DNA of 64,000 nucleotides from Octopus sinensis (taxonomy: Eukaryota). Both the position numbers and the translations under genes were made by a program. Under the pieces are notes generated by a model. It had not been told where the DNA came from and did no database searches. It was given only the letters and a program-made list of their open reading frames with translations. Within the stretch, counting starts at the first letter, position 1; every line of letters starts with the position of its first letter. Location of the stretch: positions 47,182,001 to 47,246,000 of the forward strand of contig NC_043002.1 in the NCBI RefSeq assembly GCF_006345805.1. Reading direction: 5' to 3'. This document shows, in pieces, positions 40,667 through 53,950 of the stretch.

Positions 40667-42056
40667 GGAAAGCAACAGACGGCTGATGGAAAGCAACAGA
40701 CGGCTGATCTCCAACCAACATGGGTTCCGTAATGGAAGGGACTGCCTAACGCAGCTCCTGCATCACCTTGAGGACATTTTGAGAGCTTTGGGAGAGGGCT
40801 CCAACACCGATGTCATCTACCTTGATTTCAGTAAGGACTTCGACAGGGTCGATCACAAGATCCTATTGAAAAAACTATCCAACATTGGTGTCTCTGGAAA
40901 GTTACTGAAATGGATTAAGTGTTTCCTGACAGACAGATCTCAACATGTTGTAGTTGAAGGGGTAAAATCAAGCCCAGTAGTGGCGTTCCGCAAGGCACTG
41001 TGCTGGGCCCACTTCTTTTCATCATTTACATTAATGACATTAATGACATCATCAAGCACAGCAACATAAAAATCTTTGCAGATGACTCCAAGCTACAGAA
41101 GGTCATAAATGAGGCGAGTGACCGGACATGCCTTCAGTCAGATCTACTGGCTGTTATCCAATGGGCAGAAAAAAACAATATGCTGCTGAACGAGGATAAA
41201 TTTGAGCTAATCCACTTTGGAAAAGAGGATGCCCTGAAACTCCCATACTCCCTTCCTTCAGGTGAAACTCTCGCGGCGTCCAACAACATCAGAGACTTGG
41301 GAGTAATTGTGGACAACAACGTAAGCTGGGCCGCTCATATAAACACCAAAGTTGACATGGCCCGCAGAATGTGTTCCTGGATTCTCAGAACTTTCCAGTC
41401 GAGAGATATCCACACCATTATCCTTCTCTTCTCCACTTTTGCCCGACCCCACCTTGAATACTGTTGTCCACTGTGGTCTCCCCACACAATACAAGGTATC
41501 ATAAAAGTTGAAAAACCTCAAAGGGCAATCACAAAAAAGATAGATGGCATGACAGGCCTCGACTATTGGGGTCGACTAGAAAAGCTAAAACTCTATTCTC
41601 TCCAACGTCGTCGTGAGCGCTACATCATCTGCACGATGTGGAAAATATTCCATCAGCATTGCCCAAATGATGTTGGCATCACCTTTAAGGTACATCCAAG
41701 GCTTGGGCCCCGTGCCATCCGCCCAAAACAAAAATCGCACTCTCATCTCATAACAACAATACGGCACAATTATTTCACCTCAATTGGCCCCGCTCTCTTT
41801 AACATTACACCAAAACACATTAAAACAGAAACTGACCCTATAGGGTTCAAGAAGTCTTTGGACAGATTCCTTCAAGAAATCCCGGATAAACCCCCCTACA
41901 CCCGGATATGTCTCTGTAAACAATAACTCTCTACTTGAGTGGGCCATAGTGCCCAAATTCTGACTTGAAAGACTTCACCAGGTGGTGCTATTAAGTTAGA
42001 CATGGCCTGGGCCAATAATGGCCGAAACCTATCAAAGTAGCAAAGTAAGTATCAAA

Positions 42057-42058
<2 letters not shown>
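40667..42058 (+). mobile_element. CR1/L2-group LINE 3' fragment, copy D
   Basis: [27 protein letters not shown] motifs; 308-aa ORF 41000-41926; (ATCAAAGT)n tail; embedded in (TA)n. Confidence 0.9.
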
Positions 42059-42094
<36 letters not shown>

Positions 42095-42125
42095 TATTAT
42101 ATATATATTACATATATATATATAT

Positions 42126-42171
<46 letters not shown>

Positions 42172-42174
42172 TAT

Positions 42175-42332
<158 letters not shown>

Positions 42333-42333
42333 C

Positions 42334-42388
<55 letters not shown>

Positions 42389-42450
42389 CATATATATATA
42401 TATATATATCATATATATATATATATATTATATATATCATATATATATAT

Positions 42451-43905
42451 AATAGAAATATTAAAATAACTAAGTCTCTCTAAAAGAGAACAGCGGCAGC
42501 GTTCCCGGAAAATAATAGTTATCGCCATACTAATATGGCATTCTTATAAAAATAAGAAAAAAGCTGTCCGCTTATTAGCTCCATGAGGCCATCGCCTTAA
42601 GTTAGCTATTTGATACACAAACTGTATCCATATAACCTTCGAACAAGGGAGGTCAGTCGCTCCACACTACTTGACCGGCAGCTACAGACGCGTTTCGGAG
42701 TATTGCCCCTTTTCAATGCAGCGTCGCCAGCCAGTAGGTGTCGCTTCTGACAATCTCTGTTCGATGGTTTTATTTACCTAGTTTCGGTGGAATACATCCA
42801 CTTGTTTTCAATAATAGAAATATTAAAATAACTAAGTCTCTCTAAAAGAGAATAGCGGCAGCGTTCCCGGAAAATAATAGTTATCGCCATACTAATATGG
42901 CATTCTTATAAAAATAAGAAAAAAGCTGTCCGCTTATTAGCTCCATGAGGCCATCGCCTTAAGTTAGCTATTTGATACACAAACTGTATCCATATAACCT
43001 TCGAACAAGGGAGGTCAGTCGCTCCACACTACTTGACCGGCAGCTACAGACGCGTTTCGGAGTATTGCCCCTTTTCAATGCAGCGTCGCCAGCCAGTAGG
43101 TGTCGCTTCCGACAATCTCTGTTCGATGGTTTTATTTACCTAGTTTCGGTGGAATACATCCACTTGTTTTCAATAATAGAAATATTAAAATAACTAAGTC
43201 TCTCTAAAAGAGAACAGCGGCAGCGTTCCCGGAAAATAATAGTTATCGCCATACTAATATGGCATTCTTATAAAAATAAGAAAAAAGCTGTCCGCTTATT
43301 AGCTCCATGAGGCCATCGCCTTAAGTTAGCTATTTGATACACAAACTGTATCCATATAACCTTCGAACAAGGGAGGTCAGTCGCTCCACACTACTTGACC
43401 GGCAGCTACAGACGCGTTTCGGAGTATTGCCCCTTTTCAATGCAGCGTCGCCAGCCAGTAGGTGTCGCTTCCGACAATCTCTGTTCGATGGTTTTATTTA
43501 CCTAGTTTCGGTAATGCCATATTAGTATGGCGATAACTATTATTTTCCGGGAACGCTGCCGCTGTTCTCTTTTAGAGAGACTTAGTTATTTTAATATTTC
43601 TATTATTGAAAACAAGTGGATGTATTCCACCGAAACTAGGTAAATAAAACCATCGAACAGAGATTGTCGGAAGCGACACCTACTGGCTGGCTACGCTGCA
43701 TTGAAAAGGGGCAATACTCCGAAACGCGTCTGTAGCTGCCGGTCAAGTAGTGTGGAGCGACTGACCTCCCTTGTTCGAAGGTTATATGGATACAGTTTGT
43801 GTATCAAATAGCTAACTTAAGGCGATGGCCTCATGGAGCTAATAAGCGGACAGCTTTTTTCTTATTTTTATAAGAATGCCATATTAGTATGGCGATAACT
43901 ATTAT

Positions 43906-43908
<3 letters not shown>
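42451..43908. repeat. Retrozyme-like 362-bp tandem array (3 units) plus inverted unit, each with an HHR motif
   Basis: Units start at 42451, 42813 and 43175 (third truncated at 43512); inverted copy 43513-43908; only a few substitutions between units. Confidence 0.85.
43695..43736 (+). ncRNA. Minimal type I hammerhead motif, U3-A8 variant (copies on - at 42681-42722, 43043-43084, 43405-43446)
   Basis: GCTGCA TTGAAAA GGGG CAATA CTCC GAAA CGCG T C TGTAGC; 6-bp stem I, 4-bp stem II, palindromic stem III, GUC site. Confidence 0.7.
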
Positions 43909-44001
<93 letters not shown>

Positions 44002-44043
44002 GTATATATATATATATGTATATATATATGTATATATATTATG

Positions 44044-44209
<166 letters not shown>

Positions 44210-44244
44210 GTATATATATATATGAATATATATATGTATATATG

Positions 44245-44325
<81 letters not shown>

Positions 44326-44338
44326 GTATGTATATATG

Positions 44339-44371
<33 letters not shown>

Positions 44372-44450
44372 GTATGTATATATGTATATATATATATGTA
44401 TATATATATATATGTATGTATATATGTATATATATATGTATATAATATAT

Positions 44451-44489
<39 letters not shown>

Positions 44490-44942
44490 GTGTATATATA
44501 TATATATTATATATATATATATATATATACGCACACCAACTTATTTATACCCTCAGACACAGGACACATATATGTATATATATTCATACACATGTGAGTG
44601 TGTAAACATATATATGTGTGTGTTCGTGCATCACGTATAGAATTTATATGTTACTGTGTTAAGTGCTGTAATTACTTCACTGGAAGAGTAGGTTCATTTC
44701 AAGCTGTACGCTTTTGTCTTTGATATGAAAATAAGAATGTAGAATAGTTGCTAAAATGTTACTAACACATTCGTACCATGAAAAATTATTATAAATTATG
44801 TATTCGATAGTGCTGCTTTGCTTCTCTATATACATTATTCTTTCAATAAATTGTCAATAACATTAGTGATATTTTTCGTTTTTGGATTTGCTTTGCAAGA
44901 TTCTTTATGTGAGTTCGAGTGTTGAAGCATATTCTGTTGTGT

Positions 44943-45037
44943 CTGGGGAAGGTAATTCTCTTTTGGTGCCTTATAATTTTACCGGTGAGTGTGTTAAATT
45001 ATAAGGCACCAAAAGAGAATGACTCTCCCCAGAAACG
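44943..45037. repeat. Short fold-back repeat fragment
   Basis: ctggggaaggtaattctcttttggtgccttataattt and aaattataaggcaccaaaagagaatgactctccccag are inverted arms. Confidence 0.7.
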
Positions 45038-45768
45038 ATAGAATTAGGGACATAGATTTCAAAATATCCGTGGGTTTTTTTCCATAGGTATTACTAGTAA
45101 AATATTATCATGCTAGATTGAGTCAGCTTCTTCCCCAACTGGATTTGTGCAGGTAGACAGTAAAAGCTATGAACATTTTGGGAGTTCGATGACTGGCTAC
45201 AAATATCTTAGAGTAGGAGCAGTTCACGAATGGTGATAATAAGGCGTATTTGCGCTGCGGAGAGTTTGGTGAAAGATAGTAAAGCTATAGGAAATAGATT
45301 AAATGGATATTGAATATGGACACTTTGACATATTTTATACTTAATCATTTGGATTCAAATTAACGTAGAGAATAGCTGAGAAGAGCAGAGCTGTTTAATT
45401 AACTGATTTATAGAGTTTTTAAAAAATAAAGTAAATTCTCAGCTGACAAAATATTTTGTTAAAATTGCACGAGTTGGATAATGGTACTTCGTAAAGTGCT
45501 ACTACAATTTACTATTAACAAGTGTAAATGCTTTGATATAAATATCAGTACATATCAAGTACGCATTAAAATGTGTATATTTTTATTGTTGGATTACATT
45601 CAAGATGTATTTCATTATCAACTGTTTCTATATTCATATTTACTACAAATTCATTTCTATTAAGTAAAAAGTGACTGGCGATATATTAATGTATTAAAAG
45701 CTGGTCAAAAATATAGTTGCAATAGTTGTTTACTTTTGGCTAACATATTTAGATTTACTATATTGCAG

Positions 45769-45857
45769 AACAATATCATTTATGTCTAAATGTAAGGAAG
45801 ATGCTAAATGTCCTATACCACAGATTATTCATGATTTATACGCTCTTTATGAGTGTG
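45769..45857 (+). CDS. Exon 7 (B-type, phase 2 to 1)
   Basis: Acceptor tactatattgcAG, donor GTaagt; 89 nt reads TISFMSKCKEDAKCPIPQIIHDLYALYEC. Confidence 0.85.
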
Positions 45858-46139
45858 GTAAGTATTACCTTTTTCATTGATAGCTTTTATATCTCCACGA
45901 AAATATTGTTTAATAATTGTAAACATATTTAATATTGAATTCTATTTTCCCCGTCCCTAGAAATAAATAAAATCCAAATAAGTGAAGACGGACGATATCC
46001 GCTAAGCATTTTGCCCAGTGTTGCAACGATTCTGTCAGCTCGCCGCCCTAAGACACATGTATATTAAAATAATATATGTATCCTTTATCTTTCTTTTACT
46101 AGTTCCATTTATTGGACTGCAGTTATTCTGGAGCAATGG

Positions 46140-46346
46140 CTTCAAGAATGTGAGTCGAACGAATCGACCTCACTACTTATCTTTAAAGCTTGGTATTTAC
46201 ACAGAAACACACGACCGACTTCTTTCTACCAAATTCACCAAGTCTTTGGTCCACCTGAGGTTATAGCAGAATTGCTATGCAGTGGGACTGAATGCGGAAT
46301 CTTGTGGCTGGGAAGCAAACTTCTTATCACACAACCACACCTGCGC
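46140..46346 (-). mobile_element. Degenerate tRNA-derived SINE (family of 10881 and 60452)
   Basis: - strand ggcgcaggtgtggttgtgtgataagaagtttgcttcccagccacaagattccgcattcagtcccactg. Confidence 0.75.
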
Positions 46347-46404
46347 CCTCCCCCCAACGCACACATATTGTATGAATGTATACATATGTGTGTGTGTGTG
46401 TGCG

Positions 46405-46436
<32 letters not shown>

Positions 46437-46437
46437 C

Positions 46438-46480
<43 letters not shown>

Positions 46481-46484
<4 letters not shown>

Positions 46485-48240
46485 ATGTCGTGGGTTTGAA
46501 TATCTTGTCGCCAATAATGTTATGATGACGTTGGCATGTGAACAAAGGTGTAAGAATAGTATTAGCCAAATGAACATTTGGATATGGTTATCTAGAATAA
46601 CCTTTCGCAGGATTAATATGCTCATGCAGAACGTACTCCATATTACGCCAATACGAACGATCAACGCTGTTAACTGTTTGGTAACTGCCAACTGTTTATT
46701 TCATTGAAATACGTCAGTCCACTGTTAGTCACGTGGGGGTGGTCAGGATCCTTCCACAACCTCTCGCCTTTTTTGAAAATTAGCCTCCCATAACTTCTCC
46801 CCTTTCTGAGATTTAAACTCCGTCCAGAGTTTTAATATCTCTTACGCTTAGAGTTTAATTCTAGTATTTCCGTTCTTTTCCTTTTTCTGTTACTTGAACG
46901 TGTAGCTTCAATTTTTGGGGATGTTGGTACCTTCAAACATGGGCGTACAAAACTTCCATGGGAATTTCGTCTTTCGTGACTGTTTCTTCCGTACATCTTT
47001 TTAAGTTGGTTTATATGTCTTTTATGTTCGAAATTTTTTTCTTTTTACCAGGGATCTTTTCACTTTGACCGGCAGATTTTTAAAATAATTTCTTTGTAAC
47101 TAAACACTTTTAAACTTCGTATACTGGTAGAATGTTTCACATAAAACATCTTTTTCTCTTGGCGTTCTTGAGAAAATTATGTAGTTTGTTAATAGACGTC
47201 ATTGATTGGTTGAAATTGCCGAAATACGAGAAATTAAACAAGAAATAGCTTACAAACTACTTAATTTTCTCAAGAACGCCAAGAGAAAAAGATGTTTTAT
47301 GTGAAACATTCTACCAGTATACGAAGTTTAAAAGTGTTTAGTTACAAAGAAATTATTTTAAAAATCTGCTGGTCAAAGTGAAAAGATCCTTTTACCAGGA
47401 ATAATACTTTTCCAATTTGTTCAATAATTACTCCGTTCTCCCAACTTTCTTTACCATATCTGTACAATTAAAAAAACAAACAAACTTTATAACCTATCTT
47501 GAAGAATTTTGAAGTATATTTGTTGTTCGCCATTTTTTCTTTTATTACTCGGTATCGAATTATCAAAAGCAGATCTGATCTTTCTAGCAAACCTTAATTC
47601 CGCTGGTGACATTCCAGATGGTGTATTCGGATCAGATGTTTCTCGGTACACTCTTAGAAATTGTTGAAGTGTTAAGTCATCCATTACTTCGTTGTTCGCC
47701 TTTTTAAAACCCCTCTTAAAAGTATCAACAAAACACTCCACCTTACCTTTCGACATAGAATGATACGGCGGAGTGGTCACATGTTCGATAACGAACTTTT
47801 TACAAAACTTTTCGAACTCGACTGAAGTAAACTAAGCTCTATTATCAGACCCAATGCTATCAAAAATACCATATCTGGTGAACAATTCGTGTAAAAAAAA
47901 AATACTGTAAACACAAATTTAAGCTTTTTGCACTTATGCACTTCAGGCCACTTTGAAAAACTGTCCACCACAAGATAATATGAACCCTTAAGTGGACGTG
48001 CGTGATCAACATGCAGTCAGGAACATGGAATATCATTTTAAATCCCAGTTCCTGCTCGCAACGCAGCAATCATAGTATCTTCAAACGGTCCAGTATTTTT
48101 CGAAATCAATCTTGATAAACAATTAACATGTCCTAATTTCTTAGATGGAATAAACTCCATCTTAAAATCATAGTCTAGTAATATAGTACCCCAACGTTAC
48201 ATCCTGTTAGTCCTCTATCCTAACCACTGGGCCATTGCGT
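46481..48240 (-). mobile_element. 3' portion of a Gypsy element (integrase, PPT, 3' LTR)
   Basis: VDSFSKWPEV and TTPPYHSMSKGKVECFVDTFK..LQQFLRVYR..SPAEL integrase motifs; PPT AAAAAAGGCGAGAG at 46774-46761; LTR 46758-46481 with TG..CA ends. Confidence 0.8.
47052..47389. mobile_element. Mutator-like MITE nested in the Gypsy fragment
   Basis: ~138-bp near-perfect TIRs starting GGATC; 9-bp TSD TTTTACCAG (47043-47051, 47390-47398). Confidence 0.8.
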
Positions 48241-48247
48241 CTCCACA

Positions 48248-48321
<74 letters not shown>

Positions 48322-48419
48322 GTGTGTGTGCTTTAAAATTAGAATGTCCCAAACAAGGCATGAAGCCACTTAGAGTAAGAGACTATGAACAAAGAGAAAT
48401 TAAGACGAAAGTAATGAAT

Positions 48420-49790
48420 TTACTTTAGACTTGAGTTGGTAGATCTAGTAGTTTGCACACCCTTTCAAAGCAACCTTAGGAACGACGTCAGGACCATATA
48501 CTTTAGACTGACGAAGCTTAGAGTTTAACTTAACTAACTTTGAAGTAATGACTGCAGAATAAACAAAAATGTTCTGTATGTGAATAGATGCACCCGAATC
48601 ATCAAGTATAGAGTTATCAGCAAACAAGTGATCAAAGAGGTCAGCTTTTTTTGCGGAGGGCCGAGAATACCTGACACTATCAAAACGTGGAGGCACACTA
48701 TTATAGATTTTCAAAAAGTCTCGACTTCCAAGCCTCTGTGAAGCAAAGAATTTGCAAATCAGCAATAGCTCTTTTACAGACATTGCTGACTATCCGAAAG
48801 GCGAACCAAGAATCTTTAAACTGATTGTGCTGAAAGTATCGGTAAAATGGTTCCGATAAGAAACAATAGATGTACACTGTGTTGAACCAAGGCGGAGATT
48901 GAGGCGTTTCCCTAAAATTGTGACAAGAATAATAGTGTCAATATCAGTATGTACCCACTCTATGTATTTACCTGTAGTATCAAAGTTAGCTTTCCCAAAG
49001 TAGAGTTCAAAGGAACATTAACAAGCAAGTGAGTAAAAGTCAGCTTTCTCTGCGGATGACCTAGAACACCTGACACTATCAAAACATGTGTGTGGGTGGG
49101 GTGCAGAGAAGACCTACCAAGTTTGATAACACTATTGTAGATTTTCCAAAAGTCGAGATTTCCAAGCCTTTGTGAGGTAAAGGATTCACAAGCCTTGTGT
49201 GCATGAGATGATTTAGCATCTGCAATAGCCCTCTTACAGAGTTCAAAGAACATCTTGAAAGAAGGAACTAAAGCCATTTCAATCGTCCTTTGCAAACTTG
49301 AAAGTCTTACGATTATAAGGTTTATCTACACCAGCAACAGAAACAGATTCGATATTGACAGCTACTACTGCTTGATCCGATGGACCAAATGGAGGGAAAG
49401 AAGTTGCCTAACAACCTTCTAGGACAGAAGTCATAAAGTAATCAAACGTTCCAGTATCACTATCAGGAGATCTGGTTGAAAAGTCAATAATCTGAGTGAG
49501 ACGATGAGCCAGAAAGTAGTTATAGGAAACTTCAGGCCAGCCAGTTCGATGGAGAGCATCGAAATCATCAAATCTTGTAAATCCCATCAAATAAAGCTTC
49601 AATAACTGGACGCGAGTCAAAGGAAGACGATTTATATAAGAAAAATAGGTAGCAAGTTGCTTGAAGGAGAGGAACAAGGAAGCACATATATGATTCATCC
49701 ACATATTCAAGAGGCACTCTGACTTTTAGCAAAATCCGTTCGTGCATAGACAGCCAACTCATGGAGATGAGTATCAGATTATCTACGGTA
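48420..49790 (-). mobile_element. Degraded APE-type LINE (endonuclease/tether) with internal duplication
   Basis: LTQIIDFSTRSPD endonuclease-like motif; SQRLG..DF.KIYNSV repeated at ~48700 and ~49150. Confidence 0.65.
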
Positions 49791-50695
49791 AAGAGCCATA
49801 AGCTTGGTATTACATACAGAATCATTAAGATTTGTCTCACAGAGTGCAAGAACATGAGAGTTTGCATGATGAAAGGATTGGACGAATGGGAAATTATTAT
49901 GAAGACCTCGAACATTGCTGAACGATACGAAAAGAACTTCATTGTATGCTTTTGGAGAACCTACTTTTGCAAGTATATATATTAGCTTGGAACATAAATT
50001 TACATCGGTTATTAATTAAAAATTTCAAAGAGATTATTTCGATATTTGTGCATTTCTTTATTAAACCCCATATGTCCTCTAACATTCCTGTACCATTCTC
50101 TATCTTAGAGGCAGTTTTATGATTCCCCCCACCCAGAACTTGACACCTGTCTGGGTAATGGACAAATCTAAGTGGGTTTTACAAACGTCCAAGCAATTGG
50201 ATTTCTCCCCATGAACAGGATTTCATAGGGAGCGAATTAAGTTGGAATCTGAAGGTACACGGTCAACTGAGTAAGCTGTACCAATTTCTTAGCTCTATGA
50301 GGATACAAGAGGTCTAACGTTGTCCACCCTTCCGATTGGCCAATTATAGATATTTTTCATCGATTTATATTTAATCGGTCTAACTTGGAATAATAATTAT
50401 CTGGATTCAACCTCTGATTTTGCGGAAAGAGTTCACAATACACAATGCCCTTCCAATCCTACAAGAGAAAAAAGCATTACCTTCTTCGGATTGTGACAAA
50501 TTGTTGGGTGATTTGGGTGATTCTTTTCACTACATGTTATAAACAATTTCTTGTCACCTGCAATCGTTCTATTCAAAATCAATCATTTTAATGGGTTTGA
50601 GCCGATGATCGCATATGGAAATACGGCCCATTAAATTTTTTTCCGCTAAATTATGAAGCACTCGAATATCATAGAAATTCACGAATCAAGTGCTT

Positions 50696-51180
50696 TTAAT
50701 GAAATTCCTGATAACGCTCAGAATAATATGTGGAGTACCCTAGTGATGTTGTGTGACCTGGATTACATTTGATTAACGTTTCGAGTTGGTCATCATCAAC
50801 AATTGAGAGCTTACCGGAACGCTCACTGTCCTCCAGAGCAAAGTTTTCACTGCTAAACTTAACAAATGACTTACGAAGAGTTCTCCTGCTATGGTACCAT
50901 TTCCATAAACTGCACATATTGATTTTACTGTTTGTGCTGCGTTTTCTTTTGCTGGAAATAAAAGATCACCAAATGAGGAAAATATATCTGATTTACCCCT
51001 CTTTTCACTTTTAACGTAAAAACTTTAGAAATAAACTATCCACACAGTAATCGTATTGAAAAATGTGCTGAAATGTCAACTTTCAGGTAATATATGTCAA
51101 ATGCTTCTCTTCATGTGAAACACTAAATCGCATGCTTAAACTTCGTCAAATGAAATACGGTACGAATATTTTCCACACAA
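50696..51180 (-). mobile_element. mariner transposase N-terminal remnant
   Basis: KFSSENFALEDSERSGKLSIVDDDQLETLIKCNPGHTT (mariner HTH linker). Confidence 0.7.
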
Positions 51181-51735
51181 TATTTTATATATACGTTTCT
51201 AAGTGTTTTTACGAAGCTAGACTAAATATTTACTCTTTCAAACTTCTAACTTATATCTCCATGACACGTCATCTCAGGACATTGAATCCAGTTCGACTCC
51301 AATTTGTTGAAATCTCAGCGTATCTTTCAACAAAGTTGTCGTGGATACGGTCTTGGTAGATTGCTAGTCCCCGTGCAGGATGATTTTAGGAGGTACCACT
51401 TGTGCGGATGGCCGTTGACTCTCACAATAAGCTCCTTCGCCTTTTGACAGGTTTTTGTTTTAAGTCCAGCAAAATGTCTACAAATCTCTGTATTATCTGT
51501 TTCATGGTTGGATTGTCGGCAACTAAACCAGCACCTTCTACATAACTGGCGTGCGCACGCGCGCACACAGACAGACAGATAGACACACACGTACGCACGC
51601 ACATACACAAGCACAGATTTAAATGTCGATTACTGGTTATTGACAAATATTCAGCAACTGAACAGTTGAAAATGTTAAAATAGCCTTGTTGTTATTGGTT
51701 TTGTTCATTCCATGTAATGCTTTTTGCTCTTGCAG

Positions 51736-51820
51736 GTACCAGTTGCGATGGTAAGGTATTGAGTGAGTGTGTGGCTTCTTTAAAACGGCCATTCAACAGC
51801 ACAAGGGAAGAGCTATGCGG
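51736..51820 (+). CDS. Exon 8 (A-type, phase 1 to 2)
   Basis: Acceptor tttttgctcttgcAG, donor GTaaat; 85 nt reads (G)TSCDGKVLSECVASLKRPFNSTREELC(G); contains an N-S-T sequon. Confidence 0.85.
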
Positions 51821-53399
51821 GTAAATATAGAAACGTATCTTTCATGTCTATTTTTCAAACCACGTTCATTATAACGAATATAACTTTTAAAAAAGAAACA
51901 TTCAGGAAAGGATTGGCATATCTTGTTTTATTTATACTACTTTTAATATAATGTTATATCTTAATATCTACAAAGTATGGACCATATAAACTAATGTGGT
52001 GTTGTAGAAAACTTTAACTGTATACAGTGCGTCTAGAGCAATCCTGCTTGGCGGCCGCAATCTGTCTGTTCTCACTTTATATTCATAGCTCAATGAAAGA
52101 AAATATACAAGGCAAGGAAAATTTTGTTTCTTATTCTTTCAAGTTTCAGTATTTGTGAAAAGAAATGGAGGGAGAAGAAACTTTACATTGCTACTATTTT
52201 AACCAAATCATCTGAAATATCAAACAAGTTAATTTAAAGTTTATAGTAAGAAGTAGTATATCATCCAACAAATTTCATAGATGTTTACCTTTTCTTGGAC
52301 AGAGGCTTGGCAGAATCATTAGAGCATCCAAATAAAATGCTTTGTATTACTTTTCTGACTCTTTAGGTTTTTATTTCAAATCATGTTGAGGTAAACTTTC
52401 CTTTCCGTCACCAAAGAATTGTTGGTATACAGCATGGTAAAAACCTCTCGTCTCAAAGCTCTCGAGAGCTTTTGCTTATGTTTGTAGTTTTAAAGAACGT
52501 TATTAGTATTTTTGTTGCACCATCTCGTTAATCAGTCAACCAGCTATCTTTCTGAAATTTTCGCGCCCTTTGGGATGAGTTTCAGAATTTATTGGTAAAA
52601 ATTACATATTTAAAACGGAAAAAAAAGGAAAATTGCTTCATAACTGGCCTTGGGTTTGAAAATCTATTTAATTCGAGGCAGGTGCTTCGGAAAAATTGAG
52701 GTAGGGTCTCCAAGTAAAGAATACGTTAAAGAGAATTCTACCACTACTTTAAAAAGCGAAGATCCTAACATACCTAAATCGTTGTGTCTTGTGGAGGTAA
52801 AGGTAGCTGAGGTACCACCCGGAGTAGACACCCCCTTTCTTGTTGCTGCCGTATTATATTACATAGAAAATAAAACAAGCAAGTCCACTGACTGGAAATA
52901 AAAAATTGGACAAGCACAGAAACGGAATTACTAATTCTGACCGACTATGAAAGCTTGATCAATCTCTTAACTGGCTTGCAGCTTTTCATAGCAGTTCAGG
53001 ATAGAGGGTGTGATGCCACATATGTAGCCATGTAGACAATATATAAGCATTCTGCTCACTGCAAAAAAACAAAAAAACAGAAAGATAACTCCACTACAAC
53101 AGATATATCAACAACAAAAGCATCATCATCATCATCATCATCATCAACAACAACAACAACAACAACACACACAAACAGAAGCAGTACCAAGGACAGTACT
53201 AAGAGTAGAAGCACCAAAAACAACTGTTCTGCATGCACTCGTGCAGTACCCAAACACTGCTGACTTGCGAGTTTATGTTGAATACCTGTTGTCGTGTGTA
53301 GGGCAGTTCCCTGGTGAGGATCGTCCCGCGTCTTCCTTTGACCGAAGAGTACATTCAGTGTTTATCTGTCTGGTGAGCAAAAGATGAATGGCGGGCTAG

Positions 53400-53950
53400 A
53401 ATGAAAGGGCTGAAATAGCTATCTTACTCTTTAACCAAGTCATCATCAACTTCTTAAGATCCACCTGAAAAGAGAAGCGAAGGTGGAATGAAGGGTGGAA
53501 AGAGAAGTGTTGCCTTCCAGCAAACTTCTTTGAACGGTGGTTGAGATTGGTAAGAATGATCCAATCGAAGAGTCTGTTCTGAGCACATGTCCATAAACTG
53601 AGGGAAGAAATGACTAGCAGAAAAGATGTTAACGGTGTCGCTAAAATTTGGCGACTGCAAAGAAGGTTAATTTCTCTACTGCTGCAAGATTTGAAACATA
53701 CTAATATTTGCAAACCAGTGTTGCAAAGACAGTATTCTGTAGCATCCAGCAAAAGATCCGAGGGATGCATAAAGAAAGTATTGTTTCTAGGTGTATTGTT
53801 CTGAAGGTCAGAAATCAAATTAAAAAGTATCTTAAACGAATTCGGGTTACCAAAATTTCGAGGGAAATTTTCGGCACGAATGTGTTGAGATTTCCGACCA
53901 GCGAAGAGAACAGGAGGCACTCTGTAACACTCATAATGAGTAACCAATTT
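53400..53950 (-). pseudogene. Possible highly degraded PLE reverse transcriptase remnant
   Basis: NFPRNFG..FKILFNLI..LQNNT and FANISMFQILQQ resemble PLE RT segments; weak. Confidence 0.35.

Noticed and set aside
51250-51560. Possible L1/Tx1 RT remnant (VRVNGH...)
   Set aside because: Only a faint resemblance spread over different frames; cannot be supported without a search
51751-51756. Strong-looking donor GTAAGG inside exon 8
   Set aside because: Its use gives a 15-nt exon ending in phase 1, which is out of frame with exon 9 and loses two Cys
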